NCBI GenBank assembly: GCA_963759135.1
Contig: CAVWXU010000002.1
Location: forward strand, 2,360-66,359
Direction: 5' to 3'
Source of the DNA: an uncultured Chloroflexia bacterium
Lineage (GTDB): Bacteria > Chloroflexota > Limnocylindria > Limnocylindrales > CSP1-4
DNA: 64,000 nucleotides
Shown here: positions 19,087-28,583 of the stretch, piece after piece
How the letters are laid out: every line of letters begins with the position of its first letter
How positions within the stretch are numbered: position 1 is the stretch's first letter
Notes under the pieces: generated by a model
What the model saw: the letters and a program-made list of their open reading frames with translations, nothing else
What the model was told of the DNA's origin: nothing
The model's database searches: none
Made by a program: the position numbers and the translations under genes

Positions 19087-19983
19087 ATGCCGCGATCCAT
19101 GTGGCGGGGGGCGATCCAGTTCGGGCTGGTGACGATCCCCCTGCGGCTGTATCTCGCGACCGAGAGCAAGGGCGTCAGCTTCAACATGCTCCACGCCGAG
19201 TGCCTGGCTCGCGTGCAGATGCGGACCTGGTGCCCGGTGCACGACCGCCCGATCGCGCGGTCGGAAACCGTCAAGGGCTACGAGTACGCTCCTGGCCAGT
19301 ACGTCGTGGTGACCGACGCCGATCTCGACTCGGTGCCGCTCAACACGGTGCGCGCGATCGAGATCGACCGCTTCGTGCCGGCGTCCGACCTTGCGGCGAT
19401 GCGCTTCGTGAAGCAGGCGTACTACCTCGAGCCTGAGGCGCTGGGCATGAAGGCGTTCGCGCTCCTCCGCGACGTGCTCGCCGAACGAGGGCTGGTCGCC
19501 ATCTGCAAGGTCGTGCTCACCAACCGGGAGCACCTGGCGGCGCTCGACCCGTTCGGGAGCACCATGCTCCTGTCGACCCTGTACTGGCCCGACGAGATCC
19601 GCTCTCCCGCCGAGCTCGCGCTGCCGACAGCCGACGCCGCGCCGGTGCGGCCGGTGGAGCGGGCGATGGCGGAGCAGCTCGTGGCCGCGATGACGGAGTC
19701 GTTCGATCCGGCCGCCCACCGGGACGACTATCGCGACGCCCTGATGGCGATCATCGACGCGAAGGTGTCCGGCAGGCAGACGGTCGTTCCCGAGGCAGTC
19801 GCCGAGGGAGGCACTGTGATCGACCTGATGGCTGCCCTCGAGGCCAGCGTCGCGGCTGCCCGGGCGGCTCGGGTCGCGGCATCCGAACCAGCAGCCGGGA
19901 TGCCCGAGGCCCTGCCGGTCCCGGTCGCGGTCCCGGTCCCGGTCGCGGCCGGGCGAGGAGCGCGTCGACGCAAGACGGCCTGA
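19087..19983 (+). CDS. ku: Ku protein (non-homologous end joining)
   Basis: MPRSMWRGAIQFGLVTIPLRLYLAT...GYEYAPGQYVVVTDADLD is the canonical bacterial Ku N-terminus. It has a basic/Ala-rich C-terminal tail. Confidence 0.9.
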   Translation: MPRSMWRGAIQFGLVTIPLRLYLATESKGVSFNMLHAECLARVQMRTWCPVHDRPIARSETVKGYEYAPGQYVVVTDADLDSVPLNTVRAIEIDRFVPASDLAAMRFVKQAYYLEPEALGMKAFALLRDVLAERGLVAICKVVLTNREHLAALDPFGSTMLLSTLYWPDEIRSPAELALPTADAAPVRPVERAMAEQLVAAMTESFDPAAHRDDYRDALMAIIDAKVSGRQTVVPEAVAEGGTVIDLMAALEASVAAARAARVAASEPAAGMPEALPVPVAVPVPVAAGRGARRRKTA

Positions 19984-20045
19984 ACCCTACGCTGGGCCTG
20001 GACGAACCCGCTTCGACGTCCTGCCTGCCCCGGCGAGTCCGGCCC

Positions 20046-20675
20046 ATGGTCGCGGCCGACGGGCCGCCACCGTTCGACGATCCGGCCTACCTCTTCGAGC
20101 CGTGGTGGCCCGGCACCCGCGTCATCGCGTTCGTCGAGCGCGGCGGGCTCCGGCTGCAGGCGGCGGAGCTGGTGGACGTCCTCGGCACGTTCCCTGAACT
20201 CTCCGACCTCCCGCACCAGGTCGACGCGCCCGATGCGATCCTCGAGGGCGTCGTCCTGGTCGTCGATCCGGCCGGCCGGCCGGATCCAGGACTCCTGCGC
20301 AGGCGCCTGGTCGGGGCCGGGCAGCGGCTGGGGCGCCCGGCATTCGTGGCGACAGACCTGCTGTGGGCCTCGGGGCGCCGGCTGACGCGCGTCCGCTTCG
20401 CGTCCCGCCGCGAGCGACTCGGCGCGCTGCTCCGCACCTCGGACTGGTGCACGGTGAGCAGGGGGTATCCTGTCGAGGGTCGCGCGCTCGCAGCGGCCTG
20501 CGCCGACCTCGGCTTCGCCTCGCTCTCGGCGCACCGGCTGGACGCCCCATACCGCGCGGGCCCCGCCAGCGACGCGTGGGTGCGCGTTCCGATCCGGGAG
20601 CCCGGGGCAGACCCAGTCCGCCTGCCGCCGATCCTGGCCGTGTTCCGGCGTCTGCCGCTCGGGGATGCCCGCTGA
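20046..20675 (+). CDS. ATP-dependent DNA ligase (LigD-type) adenylation-domain homolog lacking catalytic lysines; no OB domain
   Basis: 209 aa that aligns by eye with the LigD ligase domain. Motif I reads EPWWPG (canonical E-x-K-W-D-G), motif III reads LEGVV, motif IV reads SLSAHR (canonical EG-x-x-AKR), and the WLKxK-type motif V reads WVRVP. Confidence 0.75.
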   Translation: MVAADGPPPFDDPAYLFEPWWPGTRVIAFVERGGLRLQAAELVDVLGTFPELSDLPHQVDAPDAILEGVVLVVDPAGRPDPGLLRRRLVGAGQRLGRPAFVATDLLWASGRRLTRVRFASRRERLGALLRTSDWCTVSRGYPVEGRALAAACADLGFASLSAHRLDAPYRAGPASDAWVRVPIREPGADPVRLPPILAVFRRLPLGDAR

Positions 20676-20762
20676 GCGCGAGGCAGGCGGCCCGGCCCTG
20701 ACGCCTGTACGCGCCGGATCTTGCACGCGCCGGCCGGCGTCAGTCGCGCTACCCTCGCCGAC

Positions 20763-21929
20763 GTGCAGTTCGAGTTCGCCACGGCGACCCGCATCGTGTT
20801 CGGCCCGGGCAGCATGGGCCGGGCCGGCGAGATCGTCGCCGGCCTCGGCAGCCGCGCGCTGCTGGTGACAGGCGCGTCGACCGCACGGGCGGCGCGCCTG
20901 GCCGAGGTTCTCGACGCTCACGGCGTCCGCCACGAGCGGTTCGCAGTGTCCGGCGAACCCACCGTCGACCTCGTGCGCGACGGGATCGACCGGGCGCGTT
21001 CTGCCGAGTGCGACGTCGTCATCGGGTTCGGCGGCGGCAGCGCCATCGACACCGCGAAGGCGATCGCGGCGATGGTGGGCACCGGCGGGGACCTGTTCGA
21101 CTACCTGGAGGTGATCGGCGAGGGACGGCCGCTCGACGTCCCCTCCGTTCCGTGGATCGCCATCCCCACCACTGCCGGCACCGGCAGCGAGGTGACGCGG
21201 AACGCCGTGCTGGCGTCTCCCCGACACGCCGTCAAGGTGAGCCTCCGAAGCCCGTCGATGCTCGCTCGCGTTGCGCTCGTCGACCCCGAGCTGACCCATG
21301 GGCTGCCGCCAGCGGTCACCGCGAGTTCAGGGCTGGACGCGCTGACGCAACTGGTCGAGCCGTTCACGTCGTCGCGGGCGAACCCGCTCACCGACGCCGT
21401 CTGCCGCGAGGGCATGATCCGCGCGGCTCGCTCGCTCCGCGTCGCGTTCGACGGCGCGGTCGCGGGGGTTCCGGTGCCGGAGGCTCGCGAGGACATGTCG
21501 CTCGCCGCGCTGTTCGGGGGGCTCGCTCTCGCCAACGCCGGACTCGGCGCGGTGCACGGGTTCGCCGCTCCGATCGGCGGCCGGTACGGCGCTCCACATG
21601 GCGCGGTCTGTGGCCGCCTGCTACCGGCCGTGGTTGCCGTCAACGTCGCCGCCCTCCGGGCACGGGCGGCCGGCTCCGCCGAGCTCACCCGCTACGACGA
21701 GGTCGCTCGCCTCCTGCTGGCCGATCCTCGCGCGACCGCGAGCGACGCCGTGCCGTGGCTGGCGCAGCTGGTCGACACCCTCGCCGTGCCCGGTCTCGCC
21801 TCGTATGGCATCCGGCCGGTCGATTTCCCCGAGCTGGTCGCCGCGGCGTCGGGCGCCAGCAGCATGCAGGCAAACCCCGTCCGGCTGGCGCCGGACGAGC
21901 TCGTCGAGATCCTGGCGCGTTCGCTGTAG
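20763..21929 (+). CDS. iron-containing (class III) alcohol dehydrogenase
   Basis: FEFATATRIVFGPGS...GFGGGSAIDTAKAIA...PTTAGTGSEVT...HGFAAPIGG are present. I prefer GTG 20763 to the upstream ATG 20721. Confidence 0.85.
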   Translation: MQFEFATATRIVFGPGSMGRAGEIVAGLGSRALLVTGASTARAARLAEVLDAHGVRHERFAVSGEPTVDLVRDGIDRARSAECDVVIGFGGGSAIDTAKAIAAMVGTGGDLFDYLEVIGEGRPLDVPSVPWIAIPTTAGTGSEVTRNAVLASPRHAVKVSLRSPSMLARVALVDPELTHGLPPAVTASSGLDALTQLVEPFTSSRANPLTDAVCREGMIRAARSLRVAFDGAVAGVPVPEAREDMSLAALFGGLALANAGLGAVHGFAAPIGGRYGAPHGAVCGRLLPAVVAVNVAALRARAAGSAELTRYDEVARLLLADPRATASDAVPWLAQLVDTLAVPGLASYGIRPVDFPELVAAASGASSMQANPVRLAPDELVEILARSL

Positions 21930-21970
21930 GCCGCGGGCCGCGATGCGGCTCGTCGTGGGCGGCGTCGGAG

Positions 21971-22707
21971 TCAGCGGCGGAACGCTCCGCCGAGCAGCAG
22001 CGCGCCCAGCACGATCAGCACCACTGGCCAGAAGAGGGCCGCGTCGAACCCCGGCAGGGCCTGCTGGAGCAGAAAGAGTCCGCCGATCACCACGAGGATC
22101 ACGCCGAACACGAGCCCGGCCGTGCTGCCGTCGCCCCGGCGCTGCGATCGCCAGTAGGCGCGCTCCGCTCGTCGCTGCGCGCGCGAGTAGGCCCGCATCG
22201 TCCGCCAGTCGGAGCCGTTCGGCGGCGGCGGTCCCCAGGGCCCCCATGTCCCGCCCCCCAGGTCCGAGGGTCCCTGTGCGCTTGGGGCGTCCGGCTGGCC
22301 CGGCGTGCCCGTGTCGCCGGAGGCCTGGCTCGCAGGGGCGGTGCTCGCGCTCCCTCCGCCGCCGGCCGCGGCAGCCTGCGCGGCGCCGCCGGGGGCGCCG
22401 GTTCCGCTGGGGACGCGGGGCGCGGGAGCGCCGGGGCGCCGGGAGCGCCGGGAGCGCCGGGAGCTGGGCCCCACTGCGGTCCGTTCCAGCCCGCCCACTG
22501 GCCCGGTGCGCCCACCGGGGGCTCCTCGGGCACGACCAGCACCATGATGATGTAGACGACCAGCAGCGGGAAGATGCCGGTCAGGACGTCCAGCACCACC
22601 CAGCCCAGCCTGACCAGCGCCGGGTCGAGATCGAAGCGTTCGGCCATGCCCCCGCAGAGACCCGAGAAGACCCGGTCGGTGGTGGACCGGTACAGGCGAT
22701 CGTTCAT
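21971..22707 (-). CDS. PspC domain membrane protein, apparent frameshift near 22433-22436
   Basis: The PspC domain MNDRLYRSTTDRVFSGLCGGMAERFDLDPALVRLGW and a TM helix are in one frame. After the GAPGAPGAP repeats, the low-complexity region and the C-terminal TM (LVFGVILVVIGGLFLL...) continue in another frame. ATG 22707 overlaps the upstream stop (ATGA). Confidence 0.6.
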
Positions 22708-23687
22708 CTGCATCCCCCAGCCGGGTTCACGTTGACGGACGCGAGGTTGGCATCGACCTGCAGGTCGATGCGGTTGGACGCCGCTGCGAAGTTGTCGCTC
22801 GTCCAGGTGTCGCCATTCCACGAACCTGCCCCCGAGAGCGTGGTCGACGCCAGCGCATCCGTCGAGTGGACTCGCAGGCCGCTCGCCGAGGACAGGCACA
22901 GCTCGAGCGACCCCAGGTTCACGTTGAGCGATCCCGTCGCGCTCGACGCTGCCGGGAGCACGACGCGGCCCGAGCCGCCGTTGACGTGGACCTGGATCGA
23001 CGGCACCGACGTTCCGGAGAGGTCGAGCCGCACGTCTGCGGCGTTGATGTCAACGGCAAGGGTGGAGAGGTGTGCGCCGGCCAGGTCCAAACGGGCGGAC
23101 CCGGCGTCGACGCCGACGCTGAGGTCGAGCGTCGGGCCGCTCGGGAGGCTGACATGCCAGTTCCGGTTGTGGTTGCCGCCGATGCTCCAGAAGGCGCCGG
23201 ACTGGGCAGGCGCCGAGACGTCCAGGGACGATGGAGTCTGAGCGAGCGTGGCGGCTCCGCCCTCCGGGTCCTGGCCCTGGAACGACCAACCGTTGCCCGG
23301 GGCGGTGGACACGTCGAGCACGCCGCAGCTCATCTGGATCCGGGCGCTCGCGGATCCCGGAAACGTCCCGCTGCCCTGGCTGGTCGCGGTGCCGGCGCCG
23401 CCGTTCGGGTTCCCGCACCCGGCGATGTCGCCAAGGTCGGGACCGGACGCCAGGAGGCCGCCGAAGGCGATCCCGAACGTGGCCGCCACGACGACCCCGC
23501 CGGCGAGTGCGGCGGGCGTGTGGCGCAGCAGGATGCCGACGCCGATGCCCACGATGATCAGGGGCCACAGGCGCCAGGCCTCTCCGGCGCCGGCGTGACT
23601 GACGATCCCCTGCTGGACGAGCAGCGGGACTGCGCCGAGTGCGATGAAGAAGATGCCCCAGTTCAGAAACCGTCGGTCGATCGCCAC
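22704..23687 (-). CDS. LiaF/LiaG-like membrane protein with beta-rich 'toastrack' (DUF4097/DUF2154-like) domain
   Basis: I trimmed to GTG 23687 (VAIDRRFLNWGIFF). It has 3-4 TM helices followed by repetitive beta segments (LDLSVGVDAGSARLDLAG..VRLDLSG..VHVNGGSGRVVLP). Confidence 0.6.
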   Translation of the reverse strand: MAIDRRFLNWGIFFIALGAVPLLVQQGIVSHAGAGEAWRLWPLIIVGIGVGILLRHTPAALAGGVVVAATFGIAFGGLLASGPDLGDIAGCGNPNGGAGTATSQGSGTFPGSASARIQMSCGVLDVSTAPGNGWSFQGQDPEGGAATLAQTPSSLDVSAPAQSGAFWSIGGNHNRNWHVSLPSGPTLDLSVGVDAGSARLDLAGAHLSTLAVDINAADVRLDLSGTSVPSIQVHVNGGSGRVVLPAASSATGSLNVNLGSLELCLSSASGLRVHSTDALASTTLSGAGSWNGDTWTSDNFAAASNRIDLQVDANLASVNVNPAGGCR

Positions 23688-23907
23688 GCGGCGTGTCCCT
23701 CCCTGTCGCTCCGCCCGCCAGGGCGGGACGGCGGCGCGATGCGGATTGGGCGTCCTGGCCGAGAGTATCTGCAGCTGCGACACCGAATGACAGGCCCGTT
23801 CGGCCCCCGGGAGGCGAGGCCGGTGCCCCAGCGGTCTGAATCGTCCGGTCCTGTGCGCGTCCAGACAGGTCCTTGCATGGTGGCGGCCGGACGCCGATAG
23901 TCCGCTG

Positions 23908-24939
23908 ATGCGCGCACTCGTCGTCGAGCGACCGGCCCCTGCGGCGGAAGGCCCTCTCCATCCCGTCGACGTCCCCACGCCACGCCCGGCGCCCGGCGAG
24001 ATCCTGCTCCGGGTGTCGGCGTGCGCCATCTGCCGGACGGACCTCCAGATCGCCGAAGGCGACGTCCCCGCCCGGCGCCTGCCCATCGTGCCGGGCCACC
24101 AGGTCGTGGGCCTGGTCGAGGCGATCGCACCGGGAGTGAAGGGCTGGCAGGTCGGGGATCGTGCCGGCGTCGGATGGCTGGGTGGCGCGTGCGGGCAGTG
24201 CGAGTTCTGCCTGGCGGGCCGGGAGAACCTGTGCCCGGACGCGGTGTTCACCGGGTGGGACCGCGACGGCGGCTTCGCGGAGCGGATGACCGCGCGTGCG
24301 GACTTCGCGCTCCGGTTGCCGGACACCTTCCCGGATGTCGACGCGGCTCCGCTGCTGTGCGGCGGCGTCATCGGGTACCGCGCGCTCAAGGTCGCCGGCA
24401 TCCGGCCCGGCGGTCGCCTCGGCCTGTATGGTTTCGGGGCGTCCGCGTCGCTTGCCATCCAGGTGGCCGTGCACTGGGACTGCGAGGTCTACGTGTGCAC
24501 CCGCTCCGAGCTGGAGCGGCGCCGTGCGCTCGACCTGGGAGCGACATGGGCGGGCGGCTACGAAGACGTCCCGCCGGTTCCGCTGCAGGCGGCCGTGACG
24601 TTCGCCCCCGCCGGCGAGGTCGTGGTCACGGCGCTGCGGGCCTTGGAACGGGGCGGCACCGTCGCGATCAACGCGATCCACCTCGACCGGGTCCCGGAGT
24701 TCTCGTACGACCTGCTGTGGCCGGAGCGCTCGTTGCGCAGCGTCGCGAACTTCACCCGCCAGGACGCGCGTGAGTTCCTCGAACTCGCCGCCGAGATCCC
24801 CATCCGAACCGCTGCCGAGCCACTCCCGCTCTCCGACGGCGGGGACGCGCTCGAGCGGCTCAAGAAGGGGAGGGTCGAGGGGGCATTCGTGCTGGTGCCG
24901 GCAGGCGAGGGATCTGACGGAGCCGGCTCCCGACCCTGA
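23908..24939 (+). CDS. zinc-dependent alcohol dehydrogenase family protein
   Basis: SACAICRTDLQIAEGD...PGHQVVG...GACGQCEFCLAGRENLC provide the catalytic and structural Zn sites. Confidence 0.9.
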   Translation: MRALVVERPAPAAEGPLHPVDVPTPRPAPGEILLRVSACAICRTDLQIAEGDVPARRLPIVPGHQVVGLVEAIAPGVKGWQVGDRAGVGWLGGACGQCEFCLAGRENLCPDAVFTGWDRDGGFAERMTARADFALRLPDTFPDVDAAPLLCGGVIGYRALKVAGIRPGGRLGLYGFGASASLAIQVAVHWDCEVYVCTRSELERRRALDLGATWAGGYEDVPPVPLQAAVTFAPAGEVVVTALRALERGGTVAINAIHLDRVPEFSYDLLWPERSLRSVANFTRQDAREFLELAAEIPIRTAAEPLPLSDGGDALERLKKGRVEGAFVLVPAGEGSDGAGSRP

Positions 24940-24940
24940 G

Positions 24941-25023
24941 CGGACCGCGGGCGACGACCGGACCGCGGGCGACGCCGGACGGCGGCGACGTCGGCGCGGG
25001 GCGAGGCCGGCGCGGGGCGAGGC
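24941..25023. repeat. two pairs of short direct repeats in a convergent intergenic region
   Basis: CGGACCGCGGGCGACG occurs at 24941 and 24959. GGCGCGGGGCGAGGC occurs at 24993 and 25009. Confidence 0.8.
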
Positions 25024-25032
25024 TGGCGCCGG

Positions 25033-25971
25033 CTACCGAAGGAGCCGCGAGAGACGCCGATCGGCCAGCGCGCGGCCGCCCGTCTGGCACGTCGGGCAGT
25101 ACTGCAGCGCCCGACTCGCGAACGCCACCTCGCGCACCGTGTCCCCGCACACCGGACACGGCAGGCCGGTTCGGCCATGCACCCGCATGGCCGAGCGCTT
25201 CTCGTCCTTCAGGTCGGACGCCGGCACGCCGTCGTTGCGCGCCAGCGCCTCCTCGAGCACGTCTCGCAGCGCCCGGTGCAGGCGCGTCACCTCGTCGGCC
25301 GACAGGTTCCCGGCGGGCCGGAACGGCGACAGTCGGGCGGCGTGCAGCGCCTCATCCGAATAGGCGTTCCCCACGCCCGCGATCACCGACTGGTCGGCGA
25401 TGAGGTGCTTGAGCTGCGCGGTCCGGCCCGCGAGCAGGCGGCCGAGCGCCGCGGCGTCGAAGGACGGGTCCAGGGGTTCGATTCCCAGTCGCGCGATCCC
25501 TTCGACCGCCTCCGGCGAGCTCACGACGTGGACCGCGAGCCGCTTCTGCGTCCCGGCCTCGGTCAGGTCGAAGCCGGATCCGTCGTCGAGCGTCACCCGC
25601 ATCGCCACGGGGCCGCCGCGGAGGCGGGGCCGGGAGGCAGCGCCAGGCGGGACTGCCCGCAGGTCTGGCGAGGCGCTGGTCGCGGTCGCGTCGTGCCAGC
25701 GGAGCCAGCCGGCCAGCGCGAAGTGCACCACGAGCCAGAGCGGGGTCGGAGCGGCGCCGCCGTCCGCGGCCTCGTCACCGACGGTTTCCACCAGCAGGAA
25801 CTTGCCGCGCCGACCGCACGTCCGGACGGCCCGGCCGACGAGCGCGGAGACCGGCGGGTCCACCGTCTTGAGCGCGGCGAACGAGAACAGGTCGACCCGC
25901 GCAATGCGTCGACCGCGCGCCTTCGACTCGACGAACGCCGCCAACGCCTGGACCTCGGGCAGCTCGGGCAT
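25033..25971 (-). CDS. Fpg/Nei-family DNA glycosylase/AP lyase
   Basis: It has the MPELPEV N-terminus and the C-terminal zinc finger CPVCGDTV...CPTCQTGG. Confidence 0.9.
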   Translation of the reverse strand: MPELPEVQALAAFVESKARGRRIARVDLFSFAALKTVDPPVSALVGRAVRTCGRRGKFLLVETVGDEAADGGAAPTPLWLVVHFALAGWLRWHDATATSASPDLRAVPPGAASRPRLRGGPVAMRVTLDDGSGFDLTEAGTQKRLAVHVVSSPEAVEGIARLGIEPLDPSFDAAALGRLLAGRTAQLKHLIADQSVIAGVGNAYSDEALHAARLSPFRPAGNLSADEVTRLHRALRDVLEEALARNDGVPASDLKDEKRSAMRVHGRTGLPCPVCGDTVREVAFASRALQYCPTCQTGGRALADRRLSRLLR

Positions 25972-26009
25972 GGGGGCATGGTCGGACAGGGCACACGTTC
26001 GCGCAAGAC

Positions 26010-26963
26010 ATGCAGGCGCATGATGGACGCATGGCAGCCGACGACCCGTCGTCCTTCGCCGGAACCGGGCTCCTCTGGGATGCCGCCGCTCGCTGGCGGG
26101 CGCTGGTCCGGGCCCGGCGCGCGCAGTTCGAGCGCCTGCGAACGGACGGCCCCGATCCCGCTGCGTACTGGCGGCGTCGTGCGCCCAGCTACTACGCCGC
26201 AGCGAGGGCGCGCACCGGCCTCGACGCGTTCGTGCGCGCCGTGCTCGCAGCCTGCGACGAGTCGGAGTCGGTCGATGCGCGCTGGGCCACCGGGGCCGAA
26301 CCCGCGCCCGCCACGGTACTCGACGTCGGCGGCGGGTTCGGTGCCGTCGCCATCCCGGTCGCGCTCACCGGCCGCCGCGTCACCGTCGTCGAACCGCATC
26401 CGTCGATGCTGGAGCTGCTCGGGGAATGGGCAGCGCAGGTGAGAGTGTCCGACCGCATCCGGGTCGTGCAGGCGCCATGGCCGCTGGCGGCTCCCGGAAG
26501 CGAACGCCACGATGTCGTGGTCTGTTCACACGTGCTCTATCCGATCGACGACGTCGTGCCGTTCGTCGAGGCGTTGCTTGCCGCCGCCCGGCGCGCGTGC
26601 CTGGTCACGCTGCGGCTGGCGGGGATCGAACAGGCTCCGGCCGCGCTGTTCCGCGAGCTCCACGGCGAGGACCCGGTGCCCCAACCGGGGTTCGGGGATC
26701 TCTGCGCGGTGCTCGCTCAGCTGGGCTTGCCATTCGAGGCCACCACGTACGAGAGCGAGACAACGTGGAGCTACGCCGACCTCGACGAGGCGGTCACGGC
26801 GCTCGCGGAGACCCTGCTGGCAGGCGGGCGGCCGGAGGCAGCTGGGCGGATCCGCGCGTGGGCCGAGGCAACGCTCGTGGAGGAGGGCGGCCGGCTGGTC
26901 GCCCCGCGCCGCCGCACGATGTCGGGGATCGTCACGCTTCGGGCTCAGGCCGTCCGCTCGTAG
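26010..26963 (+). CDS. class I SAM-dependent methyltransferase
   Basis: Motif I is VLDVGGGFGAVAIPVA, followed by VTVVEP. The 3' end overlaps the convergent HD gene by 19 bp. Confidence 0.7.
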   Translation: MQAHDGRMAADDPSSFAGTGLLWDAAARWRALVRARRAQFERLRTDGPDPAAYWRRRAPSYYAAARARTGLDAFVRAVLAACDESESVDARWATGAEPAPATVLDVGGGFGAVAIPVALTGRRVTVVEPHPSMLELLGEWAAQVRVSDRIRVVQAPWPLAAPGSERHDVVVCSHVLYPIDDVVPFVEALLAAARRACLVTLRLAGIEQAPAALFRELHGEDPVPQPGFGDLCAVLAQLGLPFEATTYESETTWSYADLDEAVTALAETLLAGGRPEAAGRIRAWAEATLVEEGGRLVAPRRRTMSGIVTLRAQAVRS

Positions 26964-28396
26964 GCGCGGCCGACCGTCACCACGGCCGGCAGCCGCTCCA
27001 GGAGTTCGCCCAGCGGAGCCGCGTCGAGCGAGCCGTCCCGTCGCGCGATCACCAGGCGCCCCTCGGCGAGGAGTGGGTTCTGAGGCCGGGCGTCGGCGTC
27101 CGCCAGGTCGAACCGGTAGCGGCCGGGGTCCGCCTCGAGCGCCGGTCCCAGGGCGGTGCGCAGCTCGAGCTCGACGCGCTCGCGCGCCGCCTCCGCCCGC
27201 GAGTCGTGGCGCACCTCGAGCACCGCCCGCCACGTGGGACGCCGCAGCAGGATCCCGCGCCACAGCCCGGCCACCCGTGGCGTGACGCTCCCGCTGCCCG
27301 GGACGGGAGCGCGGTCGACGTGCTCGCCGCGCGCCCACAGGGCGGCCTGGTGCAGCAGCGCGTACTCGTCGAGCGTGGCGTAATCGCCCAGCGCCTCGAG
27401 TGGGTTGCGGTCGCCGAAGACCGCCTCGAACGCCGGGCCGAACGCCTCCGAGAGGTCCAGGTCGATGGCGCGCACGGTGCGATGGAAATACACGGTGTTG
27501 TACATGAACAGGCGCGCCGTGAGGAACATCTCGAGCGCGCCCAGCCCCGGCTCGTACAGGGCGAGCCCCCGGTCGGACATGAACGCGTAGCGGCGGAGCC
27601 GGTCGGCGTCGACGGGTCCGCATGCCACGCCCGTGATCAGCGCGTCGCGCCGGACGTAGTCGAGGTTGTCGACCGTGAAGATGCCGGAGAACAGCGGCTG
27701 GAGGCGCCGAACCCACAGCGGCATCGTCGGGTCGGACAGGGGTGGCTTCGACACCAGGAAGCCGATCCATCGAGGGTCGATGCGCTCGCCGTCGGCGAAG
27801 GCCGCCCGCTCGGGATCGACCGCCGGGGCGCGCCGCAGCCCGTCGATCAGGGGAGCCAGTTCGCGCTCGACGATGGCCTGGCTCAGGTCCTCGTGCGCCA
27901 GGCGCTTCCCTGGGTCGCGGCTTGGATGCGGCGGTGCAGGCCAGCGCGACAGGACGTGCTCGTCGAAGAAGTGGGCGAAGGGACCGTGACCCACGTCGTG
28001 CAGCAGGCCGGCCATCCGAAGCGTCTCCACGACCAGCGCCTCCGACGGGATCGGGTGCTCGGACGCCTCGCCCTCGGATCGCGTGCCGTCGTGGAGGACG
28101 TCGCGCAGCGTCGGGTACAACGTGGCGCCCCACAGGCCGGCCTCGTGCATCACCCCGAGCGCGTGGACGAAGCGGGAATGCTCGGCGCTCGGGAAGACCC
28201 AGCGCGCGCTCTGCAGCTGGCTGATCCGCCGCATGCGCTGGAGCCACTGCGTGTCGAGGAGGTCCTCCTCGGCCACGTCCTCGGCCGGGAGGCCGGCCCG
28301 CGCCGACTGGTCGGGCGTCAGCCGCTTCGTCAGCTCGATGTACCCGTAGATGGGGTCGCTGATGAGGTTGACCGCCTCGAACTGCAGGTGCGGCAT
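26945..28396 (-). CDS. HD-domain phosphohydrolase, SAMHD1/dNTP triphosphohydrolase-like
   Basis: I trimmed to ATG 28396 (MPHLQFEAVNLISDPIYGYIELT). RISQLQSARWVFPSAEHSRFVHALGV and LLHDVGHGPFAHFFDE are present. Confidence 0.8.
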   Translation of the reverse strand: MPHLQFEAVNLISDPIYGYIELTKRLTPDQSARAGLPAEDVAEEDLLDTQWLQRMRRISQLQSARWVFPSAEHSRFVHALGVMHEAGLWGATLYPTLRDVLHDGTRSEGEASEHPIPSEALVVETLRMAGLLHDVGHGPFAHFFDEHVLSRWPAPPHPSRDPGKRLAHEDLSQAIVERELAPLIDGLRRAPAVDPERAAFADGERIDPRWIGFLVSKPPLSDPTMPLWVRRLQPLFSGIFTVDNLDYVRRDALITGVACGPVDADRLRRYAFMSDRGLALYEPGLGALEMFLTARLFMYNTVYFHRTVRAIDLDLSEAFGPAFEAVFGDRNPLEALGDYATLDEYALLHQAALWARGEHVDRAPVPGSGSVTPRVAGLWRGILLRRPTWRAVLEVRHDSRAEAARERVELELRTALGPALEADPGRYRFDLADADARPQNPLLAEGRLVIARRDGSLDAAPLGELLERLPAVVTVGRAYERTA

Positions 28397-28583
28397 GGCG
28401 GCAGTGTAGCCCGCCCCACGGCGCGTTCGGCCGTCCGCCGTGGCGCGTCCGGCCGCCGTTCCCGTACCATGTGCGGTGGCCTCGTTGGCGGCGACGCCGC
28501 GCGATCCGCGTGATGTGTCGGGCCGCAGGCCATTTCTCGGGGCATGACGTGGCGATCCCGCCACCGCACAAGGGTGTCCGTAC

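Noticed and set aside
20046-20675. The ligase-like ORF as a simple 5' fragment of a disrupted full-length ligD.
   Set aside because: No OB-fold or polymerase-like coding sequence follows in any frame before the alcohol dehydrogenase gene. In addition, the substitutions hit every catalytic residue while the scaffold is preserved. This cannot be fully excluded without comparing orthologs.
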